Positions 17,945 to 26,743 of a stretch of 64,000 nt of DNA are shown here, piece by piece (position 1 is the first letter of the stretch; every line of letters starts with the position of its first letter). The stretch lies in NCBI GenBank assembly GCA_964551945.1, contig CAZKFH010000001.1:81274-145273 (forward strand), read 5' to 3'. Origin of the DNA: an uncultured Actinomycetes bacterium (GTDB lineage: Bacteria > Actinomycetota > UBA4738 > CALAEC01). The notes beneath the pieces were generated by a model. It did not search any database and was not told the origin of the DNA. It worked only from the letters and a program-made list of their open reading frames with translations. Position numbers and translations under genes: made by a program.

Positions 17945-19174
17945 CTACTTCGCGGCTACTTGCCAGAGGTCGTGCGTCGTGCCTCCGAGCGAGTGATCCA
18001 CCCACTGATGGCCGTCGGTCGAGGTAAAGATCAGGCTCTTGTCGCCGACCGCGATCCATTGGCTGCCGGTCCAGGCAACGCCCCGAATGGTTTCTGTAGT
18101 TGCGATCTGCTGTATCGGCCAGTTGTTCCCGTTTGCCGAGACCAGCACGAGGCTGTCCGGCCCTGGCACGGTCAGCGATCCGACAGCGAGGAACTGTGAG
18201 CCGTTGAAGTCGATGTCATTGACGAGCGTCGAGGTGACCACCGCACCTCCGAAGCCCCAAACGCCCGAGCCCACTGCCGAACGCTGGAACACGCCGTTCT
18301 CGCCCACCACGTACCAGTCAGAACCCGTGGTCATCAGCCCCTTGAGGTCGGTGAGTACCGGCTTGGCGACGTTGGTCCAGCTGGTCCCGTTGCTCGAGGA
18401 GCGGACGAACCCCTTATCGCCGACGGCGTACCACTCGCCGGAGGTGTCATCCCACTCGACCTCCCACAGGTCCGGGACCGCCTGCTTCGCTGCGACCGCT
18501 TGGTTCCAGTTCACGCCGTTGGTTGACGTGAAGGTGACTCCCTGGAGACCCACCGCGACCCAGAGCGACCCGTTCCAGCCGACTCCTTGGAGCATCTCGG
18601 GGCAAGCGAGATCGTGGACCGCCCAATTCACTCCGTCGGTCGACGAATACGTCTCCCCGCACGCGCCGCTACCGCCGGCACTCTCCGCGCCAACCGCCAC
18701 CCAGAGCGAGCCGTTCCATTCGACGTCGAAGAGGAACTTGGTGCTTCCGATGCTCTGAGGTGTCCATGAGCTCCCGTCGGAGGACGTGAGGATCGTCCCC
18801 TCGTTGCCGACGGCAACCATCGTGACCTCGGCGGCCGGCGATGGAACGGTCTCAGGCACGTCCTCGCCCCGAAGCTCCGCGCGGAGGTCATCCACGCGCT
18901 GCTGCGCGTTCGCCAGCTCCACAACCGTGTCGGACGCCCGCGCCAAGTCCTCCACGTCGGACCGAAGGGATCGGAGGAGAAGCATGAACAGGATGCAGCA
19001 CACGAGGAAGATCACGAGGAGGGCGATGAGCAGCCCGATCAGCCAGCGCTCACGCCGAAGCTGCCGGACGTCATCTTCCTCTTCCTCGTTTGGCGGTTCC
19101 TCGATGGGCGGCTCCGGCGCCGCCTGAGGTTTCTTGGCTCGGGACCTGACCGGCTTCTTGGGCTGGTCGCTCAC
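17945..19174 (-). CDS. type-II membrane-anchored BNR/Ycf48-like beta-propeller protein
   Basis: TM 'LIGLLIALLVIFLVCCILFML', coiled coil, then repeated 'S.DG.SW'/'WxxV' BNR-like blades. Confidence 0.55.
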   Translation of the reverse strand: MSDQPKKPVRSRAKKPQAAPEPPIEEPPNEEEEDDVRQLRRERWLIGLLIALLVIFLVCCILFMLLLRSLRSDVEDLARASDTVVELANAQQRVDDLRAELRGEDVPETVPSPAAEVTMVAVGNEGTILTSSDGSSWTPQSIGSTKFLFDVEWNGSLWVAVGAESAGGSGACGETYSSTDGVNWAVHDLACPEMLQGVGWNGSLWVAVGLQGVTFTSTNGVNWNQAVAAKQAVPDLWEVEWDDTSGEWYAVGDKGFVRSSSNGTSWTNVAKPVLTDLKGLMTTGSDWYVVGENGVFQRSAVGSGVWGFGGAVVTSTLVNDIDFNGSQFLAVGSLTVPGPDSLVLVSANGNNWPIQQIATTETIRGVAWTGSQWIAVGDKSLIFTSTDGHQWVDHSLGGTTHDLWQVAAK

Positions 19175-19195
19175 CGCTCGATCCTTTGTCTCACC

Positions 19196-19756
19196 TTAGG
19201 GGTGCTCGCAATTGGTCGCTCCGTTATTGGAATCCGGGTCGAGGCAGGTGTCGTTCCCTATCCCGCCGTCGTTCGTCGCCCCGCCTGGACCGCCGTAAAG
19301 CTCGTCGTTGCCTTTGTCCCCACTGAGGCCATCGAATCCGCCCTGACCGTAGAGGTCGTCCTTGCCCGTGCCTCCGTAGAGCCGATCACCACCTGGACCG
19401 CCCTGGATCACATCGTCGCCCGGTCCGCCGATCAGCCCTCCGCCCGCGGTCTCGGTTCCCGGGCCCCCGAAGATCTGGTCATCGCCCGCACCGCCGAGGA
19501 TCGAGTCGTTTCCCGTCGCGCCGCAGATCAAGTCGTCGCCGCCACGGCCCTTGATGTAGTCGTCGCCACCGTTCCCCTGAATCACGTCGTCGCCCGTCGT
19601 GCCGGGGATAGTCTCGGTTGCTGGCGTGCCGACGATCGTTGCTGGAGCCCCGTCACAGGTGGCAGACGACACGGCCAGGGAAGCCTCCGGATGCCCACCA
19701 ATGAGGAGGACAACCCAACTCAGCTTGATCCAGCTACTCCGTGGCGCGCGAAGCAT
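19196..19756 (-). CDS. secreted RTX-type calcium-binding repeat protein
   Basis: Signal peptide plus GGxGxD nonapeptide repeats; second copy flanking the membrane-protein pair. Confidence 0.75.
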   Translation of the reverse strand: MLRAPRSSWIKLSWVVLLIGGHPEASLAVSSATCDGAPATIVGTPATETIPGTTGDDVIQGNGGDDYIKGRGGDDLICGATGNDSILGGAGDDQIFGGPGTETAGGGLIGGPGDDVIQGGPGGDRLYGGTGKDDLYGQGGFDGLSGDKGNDELYGGPGGATNDGGIGNDTCLDPDSNNGATNCEHP

Positions 19757-19886
19757 CCCTTTCCTTCCAATGTCGGGGCTTCCAGAGCTCAGGAAAACTT
19801 TGGGTGAGATGGGCTGTTCATCCCATTTTTCTCCTTGGTTCGCGCCAAGTCAAACCGTTCCCTCGAGGCGCAGCCCTCCGAGCTAA

Positions 19887-20198
19887 CTCGCTGAACGGCG
19901 ATTTCCGCGCCGAACCCCAGGCCTGAACGAGGATCAGCTCCCCCAGACCGATGCAGCCGTTCGGAAGAACACCGGCAAGGGCTGGAAGGAATGGCTGCGC
20001 ATCCTCGATGCATGGGGTGCGAGGGATCGCAAGCACGGCGAGATCGCCACGTACCTGACGGAGGAGCAGGGCGTACCGGGCTGGTGGGCCCAGTCGATCA
20101 CGAACGGTACGAGCGTTCCCGGGGTGTGCGTGAGTCGTCGCTCGGCGCTCAGTCGAAGGGGAGGGCCTGATGATGCGGCCTGCGGAGGCCACCCGTAG
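19887..20198 (+). pseudogene. DUF4287-family gene remnant (no canonical start; frame decay after 'WWAQ')
   Basis: Translation '…NTGKGWKEWLRILDAWGARDRKHGEIATYLTEEQGVPGWWAQ…' is homologous to the N-terminus of the 3795-4364 gene. The open frame begins right after a TAA with no ATG/GTG. Downstream homology continues in the +2 frame. Confidence 0.4.
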
Positions 20199-20233
20199 GA
20201 GGAGGTTGGAGCGTGCGTGGCGAAAGTTAATGC

Positions 20234-22921
20234 GTGCGCCCGCCGCCCGTGAAAGCCCTGCTCGTCCTCACGCTTCTGGGATCGCTGGTGTCGGTCGTGC
20301 CCGCGGGCCCGGCCCTCAGCGCCGACCCCGCCGCTGACCTGGCGGGGAAGTGGGAGCGAGCCCATGAGCGCGTGGCTCCGTCTGAGCGGGGCCGTATGTC
20401 GATGGCCTACGACGAGGGGCACGACACACTCGTACTGTTCGGCGGGCTCAACAACACCGGCCAGCTCGGAGACACGTGGCTATTCGAGGGCAGCTGGAAG
20501 CAAGCGGAACCGGAGTCCTCGCCTTCACCGCGTCTCGGAACGGCCATGGCCTACGACAGGGTTCGGGAACAGGTGGTCATGTTCGGTGGCCACGCAGGGA
20601 CCGAGCGTCTCGCCGAGACGTGGGCCTGGAACGGGACCACCTGGAGTCGGCTAACACCTCTGAGCTCACCGAGCGCTAGGTCGTTCTCGACCATGGCGTA
20701 CGACGCGGCTCGGGACGAGATCGTGCTGTTCGGCGGGATGCCCGCCGGTGGTGGCAACCTCGCCGACACCTGGACGTGGGACGGCAGCACATGGACGAGG
20801 GAGACGCTTTCAGTATCTCCGCCGTACCGGGATTCCGCGTCGATGGTCTACGACCCGGCGCGGCAAGAGGTCCTCTTGTTCGGAGGGTACGGACAGGGAG
20901 GTGCGCTCTCGGATACCTGGACGTGGGACGGCTCCACGTGGGAACAGCAGTCGTCCGCCGCATCGCCTCCTCGGCGCAGCTCGGCTGGCCTTGCCCCCGA
21001 TCCTCGGAACGACACCGTTGTCCTGTTCGGTGGCATCGACAACGTGGGCTACCGAAACGACACCTGGACGTGGGATGGCGCGACGTGGACGCAGGCGACT
21101 CCACCCGCGAGTCCCCCCAGCCGCGCATCGATGGGCCTGGCCTGGCACGGAGATAAAGAGGAGGTCGTGCTCTTCGGGGGCAGCTCGGCGAACCTCGACC
21201 GCAACGACACCTGGACGTGGGACGGTTCGCGCTGGCTCAGCCGCGATCAGCTCGCGCCCGATGCTCGGCATAGCGCGGTCACGAGCTCGGGACCCGACGG
21301 CACCGCCGTGCTCTTCGGGGGGATGACCGACGCCGGCATGTCCGCCGAGACGTGGACGTGGGACGGCGCGTGGAAGCAGGAGGCTTCGGGGGGACCACCG
21401 GCGAGGATCAACGGGGCGATGGCCTACGACCCGCGGCACGACGAGGTCGTGCTCTTCGGCGGCATGGCGGCCGACGGCAGCGAGCTCGGTGACACCTGGG
21501 TGTGGGACGGCAAGGCGTGGACGCGCCGCGAGGCGACGCTCGCCCCGCCGCCGCGCCACAACCACGTCATGGCCTACGACGTCGTGACCCGCCGGATCCT
21601 CCTCTTCGGCGGGTCGAACTCGGATCTCGGCCTCGTGTTCTCCGACACGTGGACCTGGGGCGGCGGGGAGTGGAGGCCGCTGCGGCCCGGGACTTCCCCG
21701 CCGCCACTCAGCGCAGCCTCGATGGCGTACGACCCCGGCCACGAGAAGATCGTGCTGTTCGGCGGCTACGACCAGAATGTCCAGCGCACGAACGCGACGT
21801 GGACCTGGGACGGGTTCACCTGGTCGGAGGCGCAGCCCCCGGCGTCGCCCCCCGCGCGAGCAGCGGGGCACATGTCGTACGACCCGAACCTGGGTACGCC
21901 GGTCCTATTCGGCGGCAACGCCGGGCTCGGCGAGCATCTCGCCGACGCCTGGGCCTGGGACGGCCAGGCGTGGGTGGAGCTGACCCTTCCCGGTCCGGCG
22001 GAGCGATGGGGGGCGGCGTTCGCATACAGCCCCGCCGCGGGTGCCTCGGTGCTGTTCGGCGGGAATCGCAACTCCTACCTCGACGACACGTGGGTCTTCC
22101 GGAGCCTTCGGCGCATCGGCGCCGACCCCACGTTGATCATCGACAGCCGGACGATCGAGGGGCCGTTCTGGTACGTGCACGCGGTGTCCATCGCCGAGGA
22201 CGGCGTCAGGGTGGCGGTAGACATCGATCGCACCGTCGAGCAGGCGAGTGGGATCGGGTACGGCGTGTTCGTCGTGCGAGCGGACACGCTCCAGTCGAAG
22301 GGTTTCTCCCTCGCCACTGGTCACGCCACCGAAAGCGAGGTGTACGTCGACGACGATGCCCAAGCAGTCCACGAGCATGTCGAGGCGCCCGGCGTGGAGG
22401 GGCAGACGAGCAACTCGGAGACGAGCTTCCACCCGCTCGACCAGGGTGACTACTACATCGTCGTCGTCAACACGGCGCCGGGCTCGATCGAGTCAACTGT
22501 CCGCCTGCACGGCGACTCCAGGGTCCGTGTGGTCGCGACCTCCCAGGGGACCGCCGGCGGGTTCTGGAGGGAGACCGACTTCGAGGCGCCGCGGAACGTT
22601 CAGGCGCGGATCGGTGGCGGCGCTATCAACGCGCACGCCGGGGTGATCGAGGACGGGAGGATTGACCTCCACTTCGACCACCGGCTGTTCGGCATCTACC
22701 AGAGTGTCATCGCCAACCCGAACGACGTGAGCTACATCGGCCCTGACGGCACCGAGCGCACCGGGCAGACGACCTACGTGCTGTCGGCCCGCGACCCCGG
22801 TGACTACACCTTCAAGGTCAACGAGTGGCAAGCGGCGCGCGCCGGGCCAGGCCCCACGGGGTACATCGCCCTCCTAACCGCCGACGTCGTCCTGCCGAGC
22901 TTGAGCGGCGCGCCCGACTGA
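20234..22921 (+). CDS. secreted Kelch-repeat (galactose-oxidase-like) beta-propeller protein with ~300-aa uncharacterised C-terminal domain
   Basis: GTG start, signal peptide, ~12 tandem 'MAYD…VLFGG…DTWTWDG..W' Kelch motifs. Confidence 0.75.
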   Translation: MRPPPVKALLVLTLLGSLVSVVPAGPALSADPAADLAGKWERAHERVAPSERGRMSMAYDEGHDTLVLFGGLNNTGQLGDTWLFEGSWKQAEPESSPSPRLGTAMAYDRVREQVVMFGGHAGTERLAETWAWNGTTWSRLTPLSSPSARSFSTMAYDAARDEIVLFGGMPAGGGNLADTWTWDGSTWTRETLSVSPPYRDSASMVYDPARQEVLLFGGYGQGGALSDTWTWDGSTWEQQSSAASPPRRSSAGLAPDPRNDTVVLFGGIDNVGYRNDTWTWDGATWTQATPPASPPSRASMGLAWHGDKEEVVLFGGSSANLDRNDTWTWDGSRWLSRDQLAPDARHSAVTSSGPDGTAVLFGGMTDAGMSAETWTWDGAWKQEASGGPPARINGAMAYDPRHDEVVLFGGMAADGSELGDTWVWDGKAWTRREATLAPPPRHNHVMAYDVVTRRILLFGGSNSDLGLVFSDTWTWGGGEWRPLRPGTSPPPLSAASMAYDPGHEKIVLFGGYDQNVQRTNATWTWDGFTWSEAQPPASPPARAAGHMSYDPNLGTPVLFGGNAGLGEHLADAWAWDGQAWVELTLPGPAERWGAAFAYSPAAGASVLFGGNRNSYLDDTWVFRSLRRIGADPTLIIDSRTIEGPFWYVHAVSIAEDGVRVAVDIDRTVEQASGIGYGVFVVRADTLQSKGFSLATGHATESEVYVDDDAQAVHEHVEAPGVEGQTSNSETSFHPLDQGDYYIVVVNTAPGSIESTVRLHGDSRVRVVATSQGTAGGFWRETDFEAPRNVQARIGGGAINAHAGVIEDGRIDLHFDHRLFGIYQSVIANPNDVSYIGPDGTERTGQTTYVLSARDPGDYTFKVNEWQAARAGPGPTGYIALLTADVVLPSLSGAPD

Positions 22922-23062
22922 AGGCCTGCTGGCCTGAAGGATCTGGATCTAGCCACGCCCTGAGCGTTGTAGGAATGGACGCGTCAGCCGCCGCTCCCGT
23001 CTACCCGTACCACGCGTGACAGCTCGACCGTTTGGTTGGTTTCGTTCTCGTAGGATGGCGGG

Positions 23063-23398
23063 GTGGCGTACGACGAAGACCTCGCGGATCGCTTGCGTGA
23101 GCTTCTCGCCGACACACGCCGCCTAACCGAGCGGAAGATGTTCGGAGGACTGGCGTTCCTCATCGGGGGCCACATGGCCATCGGCGCGAGCGGCCAGGGC
23201 GGTGCGCTCGTCCGGGTTGACCCGGAGCAGTCCGACAAGATCGTCGCGACCACCAAGGCCCGCCCTATGGAGATGCGTGGCCGGCAGATGCAGGGATGGC
23301 TGCGAGTGGACTCCGATGACTTGCGCACGAAGCGCCAGCTCGAGAAGTGGGTCAAGCTCGGCTCGGACTACGCACAGTCACTGGCCCCGAAGCGCTAG
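23063..23398 (+). CDS. TfoX/Sxy N-terminal domain family protein
   Basis: 'MFGGLAFLIGGHMAIG' matches the TfoX_N pattern. Confidence 0.6.
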   Translation: MAYDEDLADRLRELLADTRRLTERKMFGGLAFLIGGHMAIGASGQGGALVRVDPEQSDKIVATTKARPMEMRGRQMQGWLRVDSDDLRTKRQLEKWVKLGSDYAQSLAPKR

Positions 23399-23405
23399 GC
23401 ACTCA

Positions 23406-23885
23406 ATGGACAGGTTGTGGGCGCCGTGGCGAGGGGAGTACGTCAAGCAAGCGTCCAAGGGCGAGGATCAGGGGTGCCTGTTCTGCGAGCTGCAGAAGCA
23501 GGATGACGAGGAGGCGCTGATCCTCGCGCGTAGCGAGCACTCGTTCGCCGTGCTGAACCGGTACCCGTACAACAGCGGCCACCTGATGGTCGCGCCGCTC
23601 CGGCACGTCGGCGAGCTCGAGGACGTGACGGACGACGAGAACCTCGACTTGCAGCGGATGCTCCAGCGCTGCGTCCGCGCGCTAAAGGAGGCGATGGAGC
23701 CGGACGGTTTCAACCTCGGGATGAACCTGGGCCGAGTGGCCGGGGCCGGGGTGCCGGACCACCTTCACTGGCACGTCGTTCCTCGCTGGAACGGCGACAC
23801 CAACTTCATGCCCAGCGTGGCTCAGACGAAGGTTCTGCCTGAGGGCCTTGATTCAGTGCTGGGGAAGCTCAAGGCAGCCCTCTAG
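23406..23885 (+). CDS. HIT (histidine triad) family nucleotide hydrolase/phosphorylase
   Basis: 'HLHWHVVPR' histidine triad; start re-assigned to ATG at 23406. Confidence 0.75.
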   Translation: MDRLWAPWRGEYVKQASKGEDQGCLFCELQKQDDEEALILARSEHSFAVLNRYPYNSGHLMVAPLRHVGELEDVTDDENLDLQRMLQRCVRALKEAMEPDGFNLGMNLGRVAGAGVPDHLHWHVVPRWNGDTNFMPSVAQTKVLPEGLDSVLGKLKAAL

Positions 23886-23914
23886 CTCTTGCCAATCAGC
23901 GCGAGATTGACAGA

Positions 23915-23934
23915 GATAGCATAAATATGCATAC
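23915..23934 (+). promoter_or_regulatory. AT-rich imperfect palindrome (atagcataaatatgcatact); candidate ARG box/ArgR operator and promoter (-35 TTGACA at 23906)
   Basis: A single AT-rich island in otherwise ~70% GC DNA, 13 nt upstream of argC. Resembles 'CATGAATAAAAATGCAAG'-type ARG boxes. Confidence 0.4.
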
Positions 23935-23946
23935 TGACGCATTCTC

Positions 23947-24969
23947 ATGGGTACCGCTGCTGTTGCCGTGCTGGGGGCCTCTGGATACACGGGGGCGGAG
24001 CTTCTACGTCTGCTCGCTACTCACCCTGACCTCGAAGTAGCCGCGATTGGAGCTTCCTCGGCTGCGGGGGAGCCCGTCACCTCCCGGTACCCGCACCTCG
24101 ATTTTTATGCGGATCGACTCTTCGAGGATCTCAAGCCCGACGACGTGGCCGGGCGGACCGAGGCTGCGCTTCTCGCGCTGCCGCACGGGGAGAGCGCGGT
24201 CATGGCTCCAGCGCTGTTAGAGGCCGGTCTTCGGGTCGTGGATCTCTCCGGAGACTTTCGCCTCCCCGCCGACGCGTACCCGGGCTGGTACGGGTACGAG
24301 CACCCATCCCCGGCCTGGCTCGAGAAGGCCGTGTACGGCCTGCCGGAGCTGTTCGCCGACGAGATCACCGACGCGGCGCTGGTGGCGAACCCCGGCTGCT
24401 ACCCGACGGCAGTTCTGCTGGGACTAGCGCCGTTGGCGAAGGCGGGCCTGATCGAGACCGACGGCATCGTGATCGACGCGAAGTCCGGCGTCTCGGGCGC
24501 CGGGCGCATGCCGACCGACTCGACGCACTTCGCCACAGCCGACGGCAGCGTCCGTCCGTACAAGGCCGGCGGCGTGCATCAGCACACGCCGGAGATCGAG
24601 CGGTACCTCGGCGCCTCAGTCACGTTCGTGCCGCACCTGGTCCCGTCGGTGCGCGGCGTGCTGACGACGAGCTACGCGCCGACCAGCTCGGACGCGGCGA
24701 CGCTGCTTGGGGCGCTGAACGAGGCGTACTCGGCGGCGCCGTTCGTCCGCGTGCTCCCGGAGGGGACGCTGCCGGACAGCAAGCGGGTCCAGGGCACGAA
24801 CGTGTGCGAGCTCGGCGTCGTGGTCGACGGCCGGACCGGGACCGCGATCGTCATCGGAGCGGTGGACAACCTGGTGAAGGGCGCGGCCGGGCAGGCGATC
24901 CAGAACCTGAACCTGATGCTCGGCCTCCCCGAGACGACCGGGCTCGAGGCGCAGGCGGTGTACCCGTGA
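23947..24969 (+). CDS. argC: N-acetyl-gamma-glutamyl-phosphate reductase
   Basis: 'VLGASGYTGAELLRLL…ANPGCYPT' are canonical ArgC motifs. Confidence 0.9.
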   Translation: MGTAAVAVLGASGYTGAELLRLLATHPDLEVAAIGASSAAGEPVTSRYPHLDFYADRLFEDLKPDDVAGRTEAALLALPHGESAVMAPALLEAGLRVVDLSGDFRLPADAYPGWYGYEHPSPAWLEKAVYGLPELFADEITDAALVANPGCYPTAVLLGLAPLAKAGLIETDGIVIDAKSGVSGAGRMPTDSTHFATADGSVRPYKAGGVHQHTPEIERYLGASVTFVPHLVPSVRGVLTTSYAPTSSDAATLLGALNEAYSAAPFVRVLPEGTLPDSKRVQGTNVCELGVVVDGRTGTAIVIGAVDNLVKGAAGQAIQNLNLMLGLPETTGLEAQAVYP

Positions 24970-24995
24970 GCGCGCCGCTTGTCACCCGCTCAAAA

Positions 24996-25017
24996 TGTGG
25001 CTACAATTGCAGCCACA
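24996..25017 (+). promoter_or_regulatory. 22-bp near-perfect palindrome tgtggctacaattgcagccaca overlapping a TTGTCA-N17-TACAAT promoter; putative antitoxin operator
   Basis: Arms tgtggct/agccaca are perfect. The TACAAT -10 sits in the palindrome centre and ends 11 nt before the antitoxin ATG, so the transcript would be leaderless. Confidence 0.5.
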
Positions 25018-25275
25018 ATGTCCGTCGGCATCCGAGACCTCAAGAACCGAGCCACCGAGATCCTGCGCGGGCTGGAGGAGCGCGGGAAGGCCGTGCTGGT
25101 CACGCGGCACGGGAAGCCGGCCGCCCTCATCCTGCCGATGGGATCACCGGAGGCGGAGGACTACATACTCGCCCATGCGCCAGAGATCGTTACCTCCCTC
25201 AGAGAGGCGGAGGCGGATCTTCGAGCGGGACGCACCAAGACGCTGAAGTCGTATCGGCGTCGCCGCGGGCTATAG
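25018..25275 (+). CDS. type II toxin-antitoxin system Phd/YefM family antitoxin
   Basis: 'MSVGIRDLKNRATEIL…VLVTRHGKPAALILP' is the canonical YefM N-terminus. Confidence 0.75.
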   Translation: MSVGIRDLKNRATEILRGLEERGKAVLVTRHGKPAALILPMGSPEAEDYILAHAPEIVTSLREAEADLRAGRTKTLKSYRRRRGL

Positions 25276-25281
25276 ACGCCC

Positions 25282-25560
25282 GTGGCCGAAGTTCGGCTCG
25301 CCCGCAGGGCCGAGAAGGAGCTGGACGGCCTATCCAAGCGCGTGGCTGTTCGAGTCCTCGACGCCCTGGAAAGGCTCGGTGCGGACCCGGGTTCGCCGGA
25401 GCTCGATGTGAAAGTGCTGGCCGGGCGGAGGCCGTGGCGACGACTGCGCGTCGGCGATCACCGAGTCGTGTTCAAGCTCTCGGACCGGGGGCGCGTGGTC
25501 CTAGTTGCGCGCGTTATCGACCGCCGGGAGCTGGAGAGAGTCGTCCGAACGCTCCCCTGA
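25282..25560 (+). CDS. type II toxin-antitoxin system RelE/ParE family toxin
   Basis: 92 aa, GTG start 6 nt after the antitoxin stop; RelE/ParE-like C-terminus 'RVGDHRVVFKL…VLVARVIDRRE'. Confidence 0.7.
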   Translation: MAEVRLARRAEKELDGLSKRVAVRVLDALERLGADPGSPELDVKVLAGRRPWRRLRVGDHRVVFKLSDRGRVVLVARVIDRRELERVVRTLP

Positions 25561-25573
25561 AGGGAGCGAACCG

Positions 25574-26743
25574 GTGAGCGTCACCACGCCGAATGGGTTT
25601 CGGGCCTCCGGCGTGGTCGCGGGCCTGAAGGAGAGCGGCCGGCCGGACCTCGGGCTGCTGGTGGCCGACGGGGGAACGTCCGCCGCCGGGCTCTTCACCA
25701 CGAACGCGTTCCCTGCCGCGCCGGTGACGGTCTCGCAGCGTCACCTGCTGAGCGGGCGAGCTAGCGCCGTCGTGGTCAACAGCGGTCAAGCGAACGCCGC
25801 GACCGGCGACGTGGGCATCGAAGACGCCGCGAGCACGTGCGCCGCCGTCGCCGAAGCTGTGGGGGCTGAGGCCGAGGACGTGCTGTTGTGCTCTACCGGC
25901 GTGATCGGGCCTCGGGTGAAGCTGGCCGAGCTGATCGCGGCGCTTCCCGGTGTGGTGGGGGAGCTAACCGCCGACGGCGGCTCGAGGTTCGCGGAGGCGA
26001 TCCTCACGACCGACACGGTCTCTAAGGAAACCGTGGTCCGGGGCGAGGGGTTCACGGTCGGCGGGTGCGCGAAAGGCGTGGGGATGATCGCGCCGCGGCT
26101 GGCCACGATGCTCGCTTTCCTAACCACAGACGCAGAGGTCGAGCCGGCGATCCTGGATGCAGCCTTACGGCGCGCGGTTGCTCCGGTATTCAACGGACTC
26201 ACGGTGGACAACTGCCCGAGCACGAACGACACCGTGCTCCTCCTCGCGAGCGGCGCCTCGGGTTTCAGGGCGGACCCGGGGACGCCGCAGCTCGCAGCGC
26301 TCGAGACGGCGCTCGCAGAGGCCGCGCGAGACCTCGTGCATCAGATCCAGCTCGACGCCGAGGGGGCCACCAAGGCGATCGCGGTTCAGGTGTCGGGTGG
26401 ACTCGGCGACGACGCGGCGACGGTGGCGCGGGCGGTGGCGACCTCGATGCTCGTCAAGACCGCGGTGTTCGGCGGTGACCCGAACCCCGGACGGATCCTC
26501 CAGGCCGTTGGCGCGAGCGGGGTGCCGATCATCCCCGAGCGGGTCTCGATCGACCTCGCCGGCCACCGGGTGGTCACGGGCGGCGTGATGGTTCCGTTCG
26601 ATCAGGGCGCGTGCGCCGAGGCGCTGAAGGAGCGCGATGTGGCCATCGAGGTGGACCTCGGGCTCGGCGACGAGCAGGCCACCGCGTTCGGCTGCGACCT
26701 CGGCTACGAGTACATCCGGATCAACGCGGAGTACACGACATGA
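25574..26743 (+). CDS. argJ: bifunctional glutamate N-acetyltransferase/amino-acid acetyltransferase (ornithine acetyltransferase)
   Basis: 'ATMLAFLTTDA' autocleavage site plus overall ArgJ pattern; GTG start after a GAAGGGAG RBS. Confidence 0.85.
   Translation: MSVTTPNGFRASGVVAGLKESGRPDLGLLVADGGTSAAGLFTTNAFPAAPVTVSQRHLLSGRASAVVVNSGQANAATGDVGIEDAASTCAAVAEAVGAEAEDVLLCSTGVIGPRVKLAELIAALPGVVGELTADGGSRFAEAILTTDTVSKETVVRGEGFTVGGCAKGVGMIAPRLATMLAFLTTDAEVEPAILDAALRRAVAPVFNGLTVDNCPSTNDTVLLLASGASGFRADPGTPQLAALETALAEAARDLVHQIQLDAEGATKAIAVQVSGGLGDDAATVARAVATSMLVKTAVFGGDPNPGRILQAVGASGVPIIPERVSIDLAGHRVVTGGVMVPFDQGACAEALKERDVAIEVDLGLGDEQATAFGCDLGYEYIRINAEYTT

Noticed and set aside
20234-22921. Possibility of DNA-level tandem repeats or a CRISPR-like array within the Kelch gene
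   Set aside because: Repetition is at the protein-motif level with divergent nucleotide sequence. No regular direct repeats or spacers; no cas genes.
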